Of a stretch of 64,000 nt of DNA, positions 54,613 to 64,000 are shown piece by piece (position 1 is the first letter of the stretch; each line of letters begins with the position of its first letter). The notes below the pieces were generated by a model. The model saw nothing but the letters and a program-made list of their open reading frames with translations, was not told the origin of the DNA and ran no database searches. This stretch comes from Tricharina praecox (Eukaryota). The stretch lies in the NCBI RefSeq assembly GCF_024521635.1, contig NW_026250403.1, forward strand, positions 2,914,001 to 2,978,000, written 5' to 3'. The position numbers were made by a program, and so were the translations under genes.

Positions 54613-54986
54613 ATGGGTACGGTTGTTAAAGAGCGAGACATATGCATAGGATACCGAGATACCATGAAGGGGCTGCCTGGTCTGTCTATATAGCTTTTTT
54701 CTGTTTCCTTTTCTTCTATTGGGCTAGATGTACCTTTTTCTTCTCTGCTTGGACTGCTTGAATGTTGGGAGGTGTGCTTTAATGATTGGCGTATCAAAAA
54801 GTTTTTTGGCGTAAATGATAGACATAATTCAACGGCTGCTCATGTTTGTTGAAGCACTCTTGAACCACCTTTGATGAAGGCCGATGCGTGATTCTCAAGA
54901 ACCCTGTCCACACGCTACACGTTCTCCCGTGACTCCACGTTCTACTCCATAAAACGCGACCTCCCCACCACCGCAGCCCACAACAT

Positions 54987-57100
54987 ATGGCCACCACCTC
55001 GACCAACAGCAGTCTTACATTCTACCCATCATATGTCTTCTCCGAATCTCCCACCTACGATTCCCTGGCGCGTCTCACTGCCTCCGACATCCAGACGAAC
55101 CTCTACCGGCGGCCCGAGTACGCCGGAGTGCCCGATCTCTACTTCTTCACCGGCAGCAACCACCCGATCCGCTGGGTGCAGGTCGTCGGAACCGTAGTCG
55201 CCTTCGACGAGTACGAGCAGAGGACGGTGTTTACACGTACCACCTCCCCCCTCCTCCCCCCTCACCAGGCTAGGCTGAGCTAAGAAAAAGAATAGTCGAC
55301 GACGGCTCGGGCTCATGTCTCGACGTGCTGCTATGGACCAGCAACGCCAAGCCCGGCCTGGACACTGCCGGTGTACGCCTGTACGCGGTGATCAAGGCGC
55401 GCGGCGTGATTACGGAGTTCCGCGGGGCGAGGCAGATGGTGCTGAGGGCGAAGGTCGAGGTGGTCAGCAATACGATGGACGAGGTCAAGTGCTGGAGGAA
55501 GATGGTGCTGTGGAAGAGGGAGGTGCTGATGGTGCCGTGGTCGGTCGATAAGAAAACGCTGAGGAGGGCGAGGAGGGAGCGCGAGAGGGGGGTTAAGGAT
55601 GAGGAGCGGGAGGGGAGGAGGAAGAAGAGGAGGAGGAAGGAGGGGGTGCCCGCGCCAACACTGCTGGAGGAGACACTACTGGAGGACACACTACTGGAGG
55701 AAACACAACCACCGGCAAAGAAGAAAAGAGCGCCGGACAACAGGAGGTCGCCGGAAGTGTACACCGGTAAAGTGGATTTATATGCCGACCTCGATTTCGG
55801 CACAAAACCACCCGCACCAACCAAACGCAGCGCTCGAGTGATACACGATGATTATTCGGATCTAGACTTCGACCGAGACACCAGCAGAAGGCCTGCTGTT
55901 GTGGGAGTTTTGGGTACCACGCGGAAAAACAAGAGCAGCACGCTCTTAGAACGTGAGAAGCCTGTGGATCGCGCGCCGTCGCCATTACCAAAGCGGCCAC
56001 GGTCACCTTCACCGGAGTTTCCGCACATCAACAAGAGGATGAAACGAGATCTTTATGAGGATCTGGAGTTTGACACCCAAAGAACAAGAAGTGATGCTAG
56101 ATCTACATTGAAGGATGTATGGAAGATATCCGGTACAACTAGTGGAAACCGGAGTGAACGAACCGTCCAGTCAGACAAAGTGGAAGCACCGCAGACCAAA
56201 CCAAGGTTGGCAGTACAACACGATCCGCAGACATTACGATTCTCGAGACCGGTTGATGATCCACCAGCAGCTGCACCACGGCTACCTGCAATGTTACCTG
56301 CACTAACGCAGGATCCTCCAGTATATCCGGGTGGCCCCCGCAGAAAGGTCTCACCGGTGGGGATATCAGGGTCGCAGCAATCAGTATCTCGAAGTCTCGA
56401 AGTAAGAATGTCTCAACCAGGAGCTTCATCCAAGCGTGAGCGGCGGTCAATGGCGACTGAGTCCAGCCTGCCACCATCATCGATCGCCGCTCAATCATCG
56501 TATCCCTACGATGATCTATCTGCAATCATTTCAACCTACCAACCCACCCCTGAGCCTCCCTGCGATGATCTATCCACCATCATATCGGCCCACCAGCCCG
56601 CCTCAACACCCACCCCATCACAGACCTCACGGAGATCCCGCTGTCAAGAAATAGAAACATCCTCACAATCCACCCAACCATCCACCCAACCACCAGACTC
56701 ACCCCGTCCACTAAAATACCTCATCCTCTCCCACCTCCGCTCAACCTCTGCCATCACCACTACCCTCGCCTCACTGACCAAATCTCTTCACGCCACACCA
56801 AGCGACCTATCCCCTGCACTGGAAGCCCTCTCCTCAGACGGTTACATCATCCCCTCCAGCGACGGCTGGTACGTAGTCGGCTACCCGCTCCTACGGGACA
56901 TAATTGATACCGAAGTCCGTGCTGCACAGAAACGAAAGACTGTTAAAAAATTGCTAGTCGGCAAGGTGTTGAGGAAGGCCGGCAAGTTGTGGCCTGGCAT
57001 AGGGAAGGAGGCTACAAAAGATGTGCTTGCGGAGTGGTTTAAAGAGCGCGAGGGGTGGGTCGAAGTTAGTGGTGGATGGGAGTGGACGGGTGGTGGATAG
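54987..57100 (+). CDS. STN1: CST complex subunit Stn1-like OB-fold protein (~684 aa)
   Basis: Intron 55237-55295 joins FYPSYVFSESPTY...NHPIRWVQVVGTVVA...FT to LDDGSG...VIKARGVITEFRGARQM...DEVKCW...LMVPW, a fungal Stn1 OB-fold pattern. Long disordered linker; C-terminal helical region resembling winged-helix domains. Confidence 0.8.
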
Positions 57101-57414
57101 ATTTGAACTTTTGAACTTTTTGCCAGAGAGGGGAATGTACGATAACAATGGAGAATCAACTCCCATGGTCCAGGCCTTCTACCAATCAAACAGAACAATA
57201 CCTACACCCAGAAAAGTTGCTACAGACAATACCAGAGGAAGGGGGACATTATATATACAACTTCCGCTGGATAAAGGGAAGAAACGAAGCCCCCCTCAAG
57301 TAGAGTAAACACAAACACCAACAATACCAAATACACACGCGCGGAATCCCCAGAGAAAAAAAAACCATACACGCACAGCCAAAAACACCCGTACAAAAAA
57401 TAGTACACCCACAC

Positions 57415-58188
57415 TCAACTCTGTATCTTTGCATGTTTGAAGTACTTGAGCCCGACCCACGCCACGACAACCCAGACCCAAGCCATGACACAGCTCAGGA
57501 TGCCCATGGCAGGATAATACCCTGGGATCGGGAACTCGCCGGGGAACTTCTTTTCGCCCCCAATACTCTTCGGCCACTTCTTCGCTGCTGCTCCGCCGGC
57601 CGCACCGCCAGTCCACGCCCACTCCCACACGCCAAGCACGCTCCCAATGCCGACCACGAACACCACCCACGTCGACAGCAGCACCACCCACCCCCAGAAC
57701 AGCGTGTCGCCCGGATCGCCCGCCTCGGGCACGGGGCGCAGCATGCGGTACTCGACGAGCGCCGCTTCCACCTCCACTTCCACTTCCACTTCCTCGGCGG
57801 CGACGGCGCTTTCCGCTCCACCACCACCACCATCACCGTCCTCCTCCCCGTCGGACGAGGAGTAGTCGCTGGAGAACTCCTCTTCGGACTCGGAGTCGTC
57901 CGGCTGTGGTTGCGGCTGCGACGGTGGCGGGAGCGGCGGCGGCAGCGGGATCGATAGTCGCCGCGGACGCAGGAGGACGTTGCTGCGGAGCGAGCGGCCG
58001 CGGTGGCGCTTCTTCGCCGCTGTCGAGGTGATGGTGATGGGGGGAGCGGTGTCGTCGTTATTATTATTGTTGTTAGTATTGTTGTTGTTGCCGTCGGAGG
58101 ACGACGATGAGGCGGACCGCTGGATGCCGTGGCCGTTCACCGCCATACCGTGGCTGTTGCCGGATGCGGTGACATTAGGAGGGATCAT
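57415..58188 (-). CDS. PIG-Y/Eri1-domain protein (GPI-GlcNAc transferase subunit Y family)
   Basis: Low-complexity N-half, then two TM helices (WGWVVLLSTWVVFVVGIGSV; YYPAMGILSCVMAWVWVVVAW) ending WVGLKYFKHA, similar to the PIG-Y WxGxKxFRH terminus. Confidence 0.72.
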   Translation of the reverse strand: MIPPNVTASGNSHGMAVNGHGIQRSASSSSSDGNNNNTNNNNNNDDTAPPITITSTAAKKRHRGRSLRSNVLLRPRRLSIPLPPPLPPPSQPQPQPDDSESEEEFSSDYSSSDGEEDGDGGGGGAESAVAAEEVEVEVEVEAALVEYRMLRPVPEAGDPGDTLFWGWVVLLSTWVVFVVGIGSVLGVWEWAWTGGAAGGAAAKKWPKSIGGEKKFPGEFPIPGYYPAMGILSCVMAWVWVVVAWVGLKYFKHAKIQS

Positions 58189-58710
58189 GCATCAAGGTGT
58201 GCGGACATGCGGTGGGCAGCGGGGGAGGTGGGCGGTCGTAGGCGGCGGATGCGTAAGGAGGCGGGTAGCTTAGCCACGTGAAAGTCGTAGTGTTCGGGGG
58301 GGAAGAGGGAAAGCGCAATTCGGGAGATTGGTTAGGTATATGTGATTGGCGACAGGAGACGCGGATATCTCAATGTATTGTCGTGTGTGTCGTGGCGAGA
58401 AATTGTTGTGGAGCTCGAGGTGAAGCAGGTTCGAGACACAGATCACGATTCACGAAACGTGCCTGGTAGCTGCATCTAACTTTCCTAAAACGGCAGGCGA
58501 TATTTTACCCGGATCAAGCATGCATAATACGTCACTCATGATCGCGATAGCAGCCTCCAATTATATCGGTCAATAGAAATGTACCGGACTATATAAAGGG
58601 CAGAACAATGCACACCACACCCCCCCTCAACCTCGACCGCTGCAGGAAAACATCCCGTATTCTACAATGCCAATTCCACACACTCATCCCCCTTTGCTCA
58701 TGCTCATCAC

Positions 58711-60412
58711 CTACTGTCCAGGTGAGATCAACTTGCCCAGTTCCCGAGCGTTGTGCTCGCTTTCTCAAGTCAGCAAATTACCTTCCACAGTGGAAACGGG
58801 AAGCAACTTACTGTCCACCAGCCAGCGCCTCACCACCATGCTCTTTGGCGTAATCCGCCATCCGGGCCTCCAGCTCTGGCCGGAAGTGTCTGATAAGACC
58901 CTGGATAGGCCATGCGAAAGCCTCTCCCAAAGCGCAGATAGTGTGACCCTCAACCTGCTTGGTGAGCTCCTGAAGCATATCGATCTCCCGTGTCCGTCCC
59001 TGGCCCTTGGCGAATCTGTTCATGATCTGGTAGGTCCATGCGGATCCCTCACGGCAGGGTGTGCATTGACTGTGCCTTCGTCAGTGGCAGATTATGTGTA
59101 TTGGAGATAGAACACCTACCCGCAAGACTCGTGCTTGTAGAACTTGGACAGCCGCGAGATGGCGCGGATAACATCGGTGCTCTTGTCCATGACGATGACA
59201 GCGGCAGTTCCAAGACCGGACTGCACGTCCTTCAGCGCATCAAAGTCCATGAGCACGTCGTCGCAAATCTTCCTAGGAAGAATGGGGGTAGACGATCCAC
59301 CAGGGATTACGGCCAGAAGGTTGTCCCAACCACCCTTAACACCACCACAATGCTTCTCGATTAGCTCCCGAAGAGGAATCGACATCTCCTCCTCGACGGT
59401 GCAGGGGTTGTTGACGTGTCCCGAGATACAGAAGAGCTTCGTTCCGGAGTTCCGGTCACGGCCGAACGAGTCGAACCAAGAACCACCTCGTCGGCAGATA
59501 GTCGGCGCAACAGCGATCGTCTCAACGTTCGCCACAGTACTCGGGCATCCGAACAGACCGACAGCAGCAGGGAATGGCGGCTTCAGTCTAGGCTTTCCCG
59601 GCTTTCCCTCCAAACTCTCAATCAATGAAGTCTCCTCTCCACACACGTACGCTCCCATTCCACGGTGAACAAAGACATCGAAATCGTATCCGGAACCGCA
59701 AGCATTCTTTCCGATAAAGCCAGCAGCATACGCCTCCTGGATGGCGCGCTGAAGGATCGTAGCCTCGTGATAGAACTCACCGCGGATGTAGATGTAAGCG
59801 GCGGTGGCGTTCATGGCGCGACCGGCAACGAGACATCCCTCGACGAGCTTGTGTGGGTCCTTTCGCATGATCTCACGGTCCTTGCAGGTTCCTGGCTCTC
59901 CCTCATCGGCGTTGACGACCAGGTAGCGGGGGGTGGTGCCCTTGTCCCATCCAGGAGGGTTCATGAACGACTAGAAATGCGCAATCACATTGCATCAGTT
60001 CACTGCTACAGCCTTCACCTTGTAGCAAACAAGCACAGCTATGGATACATACCCACTTCATTCCCGACGGGAAACCAGCGCCACCGCGACCTCTCAATCC
60101 CGAGGTCTTGATCTCGGAAATGATCCAATCATGGCCCTTCAACAAGATTTCCTTCGTCTTGTACCAGTCGCCAAACTTCATCGCGGTTTTGAGGTCCGCT
60201 CCATGCTGTCCGTACAGGTTCTGGAAAATGCGGTCCTGGTCGCTGAGGCCTCCGAACTTGGTCTTCTTAGGCGGGGTAGCAGCTGCATTGTTGACGGTGG
60301 CCAGACCCCGGACAGCAGCTGCGGCGGCACTTCGCGCAACAGGAAGTCGATTGGCCACGGCCACGGCGGTAGCACAGGCCCGGCGAGCGGTAGTATTTCG
60401 CACGGCGAACAT
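58711..60412 (-). CDS. NDUFV1: NADH:ubiquinone oxidoreductase 51-kDa flavoprotein subunit
   Basis: Mitochondrial presequence; [68 protein letters not shown] motifs. Three introns; ends ...GKLISPGQ*. Confidence 0.97.
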
Positions 60413-61220
60413 TTTGCGTAGGTTCAATCAGTGGGGTGTGAAACTCTCTCTCTCTCTCTCGACTCGGCGCTGAGTGGAGAGGTGGGGATTAAATGGGACG
60501 TGGGGTGCGAGGGTTGCGAGAGAGTGGTGCGAGAGAGTGGTGCGGGAGGAGGAGAGAATCGATGATGCCGGGGCTAAGTGGGATAGCATAATCCAAGAGT
60601 TTGATTGGTTCATGGCAACAAGGGTCGCCACCACTGTGAACTCGACTCACTCATTAATCATTCTGCACCGAGAACCGCAAACCGCGAGCTTCCCGCGGGA
60701 AAGCGAGAGAATTGAAATAATCAAAAAGCACATGATGGCTGAGCGCGAGGGCTAGATGGACGATGATTAATGGTCGGTTGAGTCCTGAATTACTCCATCC
60801 GGATAATCCCGTGATCCCGAGTCAAGCTTCAAAGCTTCACAGCGATGAAGAAGGTGGAATGAAGACGATGGAAACGTCATCCATGGCAGGAAGACAACCA
60901 ACCCAAAAGCCATGCTATACCATATGATACGGTCCATAAAGCTAAACAGCACACAATAGCAGTGCCCCATCGGGCCCATCAACCCGGCCGGAATCCACGA
61001 TGGCAACCACAAGCACCCGCCGTCTAGTAGTTGAGAATAAAAACAAAAGAGACTGGAGAAAAAAGATTCATGCGTAACATCGTTTCAAAGAGGTAAGGAA
61101 ATGAGTAAAAGATAGGAATAAAAAACCCCCAGAACAAAACAGAAAACCCAAATGCCCCTCCCCCCCACCCCCGATTGTCATCACTTCATCTATACAAGAA
61201 TTTCCCCATGTGTGTATGGT

Positions 61221-64000
61221 TCATGCCTTCTCAGACAGACCCTTCCCCTTCGCCTCGTCCTTTTTTGTATCCTCGGATGCCACCTTCTCGGGAGAAGGCT
61301 GTTCCTTCTCCTCGGAGGAAGCAGTTGCAGCTGTCTCGTCCTTCTTGGTATGACCGTAGAACTCACCCGGCGCCACCTCACGGCTCTCATATGTGGTGAT
61401 CGGACTCCTGATATCAAGAGCGCGGATCCCCTCGCTGAGAAACTCATCTTCCTCGTCCTCGAGAAGCTCCCGTATCTTGGCCTCATGCGTCGAGTTGATC
61501 CTTCTCCGGAACAGCGAACCTTCGAGCACATCTTCTTCCTCGTCGGAGCTCTACTGCAATTAATAACACTATACTGATACTGGAAATGAAAAAGGTCTTA
61601 CATCGAAATCCCCCATATTCTCGATTCCTTCAGCCTCCTTCTCGGCATCCTCGATCTGAGTCCGGTGCTGGGCACGCTTGATGTTTAGGGGCAAAGGCGG
61701 CGGTGGAGGTGGCTCTGAAGGCGCACTGGTGAACGACACTTCATCGTCTTCATCCTCTTCGTCCGAGGAGCCAAACTTGTCGACGTTGCTGATTTCTTGG
61801 GAGATGTAACTGGAAAACTTTGGGGATCGTGCTGGTCAGCTTCGGATCTTCAAGTAAAACGCTGGGCAGCACCGAGGATATAATGAGAAATCTGTCCTTT
61901 TTCTTCTTTCGGGGAAAGGAGGATAAGTAAATGACAACAGGGAGTACTTTGATATGATGACGTTCCCGGGTGTAGGTCCCTGTACTTGAAGAAAACATTG
62001 AAGTCTAATCACCAGGAGACCGCCCCCCCAGAACGCCAGCACAACAGAAACAGAGACCAACTCGGGGGAATCCTCAACACCACCACCGGATACTTTTACA
62101 CACAAGGTCCCTAGACATGTACACATAAAAAAGACATATAAACAAAATAACCAGCCTCATGAGAGAGCGCATGGTCATCATAAACAAGCAAGGTCGTCTT
62201 CAAACATATCCTCGATGTCATCAAACAAAAGGTCATTGAGGTCACCCACTTGATCACTACTGCTGCCCAGTCCCATCCGTGTAACATCCTCTTCGTCGTC
62301 ATCATGCTCCATATCGTCGTCTTCTTCGTCGCTTGAAGATCCGAAGCCGCTGCTCAAGATGCCGCCCTCCCTTCCATTACCACCAGTCCCCGCAGTGTTT
62401 CCGTTGGCGAGGTCGATGCTATCAAGTCCAGTTCCGAGAGTCAATGTGCCGACAGTCGAAGCATTGCTGGTGAATGTTTGAGACTGCACTGAACCCATCC
62501 CGGTGATCCGGGGAATGTGCATGTCCGGCCGTACTCCTCCAAGGATAGCATTATCCCGTTCCCGGGTTGCCGCAAGCGTCTCCTCCACATACTCGATCCA
62601 AATCGGATCCGACACTTTCTCCAACACCTTCGAACCGAGAACCTCCGGAGGATGTCGTTCGGCGAACTTGACTACCTCTTCCGCAACCAAGGTCAGGTGT
62701 CCCATGTATCCGAGTCGCATCCTCCTCCCTGTCTCAAACTTATCGGAATACTTCTGTCCTTCGACTATGCGTTCGGTAATCCGTCCTGTGACGAACAAAT
62801 CGATCGCCAAAGCACGGTTATATCCCCTGTCCATCGGGCCGTTGAAGACTTGCTGGACAACATCGTAAACAACGTTGTGGAGGAAGTTGTTCCACGGGAA
62901 GCGGAAGAAGAATTCCTGGCGAAACGAGTCAGCATCCCATACCCATTAGACCCCAATGGAAGCAATCCCTACCAGAATCGTCGGAACGACCTTGTGCTCT
63001 ACAAACATCATCTTCAAATAGTCACCGACCACTGGATTCCCGTCCAGATCCGGTTCGACCATTGCCTGATATTCGGTGAAGCTTGAGCCGAGCGACCCTG
63101 TCGATCGGACACTGACATCACCCTCAGCTATGGTCGTATCAGGAGTGCTGTTCAGATCCATGAGATTTTCCTCCTCTTCGAGTTGCGGCGTCTCATCCTT
63201 ATTCTCGGTCGATGGGGGTGGTTGTTGCGCCTCCGAAGTCTGTGCCGTCACAGGCGCTGGAGTTTGTGGACTGAGCGGTAATGACTCTGCTGATTTTAGA
63301 TCTTCTACCAGTGACCTCCCGCTCTGCCGGAGGGATTCGTCGTCTTCTGCCGCAACCGGAGGCGAGGGTGCCTTAGGAACTTCCGTATCCTTAGGCGCCG
63401 CTTCACTGCTCTGCTGCGCAGGTACTGGATCTTCCTTCTCCTGGTAGGCGGGAGGCGCATCACTCATGTGTACATCGACTTGCGATTTTGTCTCCTGAGG
63501 TGCTGTGGTCGGCGCATCCGCATCTTTCTGGGGCGCCTGGGGCTCGCTTGGAGTCTTGTCCAGTGGAGGGATATCATCGGTCGGTATCGGGACCATAACG
63601 GCTTCGGTAGTGTCCTCAATAGTATCCTTCGGTTTCGACGGTGGAGACAGAGGCTCATCGACAAACAGATCCTCGTCATCGTCCCTCCGGCCTTCATCGT
63701 GGATGTCATGGATGTTCGCCAGATCTTCGCATTCCATGTCGGCGTCGGCGCGAACATCGTCCAGCATCCCAGAGATTATTACATCCTCGAATTCCTCTTC
63801 GTTGATACCGTCGTCCGACATCTCAACGCCACCGTTTTGAACCTGAAGAGGCGCTTTTTCCACAACCACGCCTTCGACACCGGCATGATGATCCACCAGC
63901 TCGTCCGTCGCAAGCATGTGTTGGAGCCGCGCCGCCTTCAGTCTCTCCCTCTCGCGGTCCCTCTCCCTGACATATCGTTCACCTCCTTTCTCATTCAACA
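61221..64000 (-). CDS. SAP190: SIT4 phosphatase-associated protein (SAPS family), 5'-truncated by window
   Basis: PVVGDYLKMMF...VVPTIL|EFFFRFPWNNFLHNVVYDVVQQVFNG...MRLGYMGHLTLVAEEVVKF, the SAPS-domain C-terminal motifs. Further exons 61817-61602 and 61550-61221 join in frame. Exact Sap155/185/190 orthology unresolved. Confidence 0.88.

Overview
Eukaryotic, intron-rich DNA from a filamentous ascomycete (gene style suggests Pezizomycotina, possibly Pezizales; not provable here). I reconstructed 15 gene models by hand from GT/GC-AG sites, CT(A/G/C)AC-type branch points and frame continuity. In order: a velvet protein (VosA-like), a ~1,186-aa uncharacterised membrane-anchored protein with a GC-AG intron, epsin, a four-finger C2H2 transcription factor after a ~14.7-kb gene-poor interval, centrin Cdc31, the Nup98-Nup96 precursor, COQ3, ERB1, PTH2, DLT1, a beta-carbonic anhydrase, SRP40, an Stn1-like OB-fold protein, a PIG-Y-domain protein and the complex I 51-kDa subunit. 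The 3' part of a sixteenth gene, a SIT4-associated (SAPS) protein, closes the window. I recognised no CRISPR array, rRNA, tRNA or intact transposon. The most notable signals are post-transcriptional. There is a 2.2-kb strand-specific AUG-free stretch before the C2H2 gene and a spliced 211-codon in-frame-AUG-less extension upstream of the carbonic anhydrase. NUP98-96 has twin long structured introns and a stop-containing intron. The SAPS gene has alternative C-termini, including a CAG/TAG tandem acceptor that toggles a stop codon. All family assignments come from motif recognition, not database searches.
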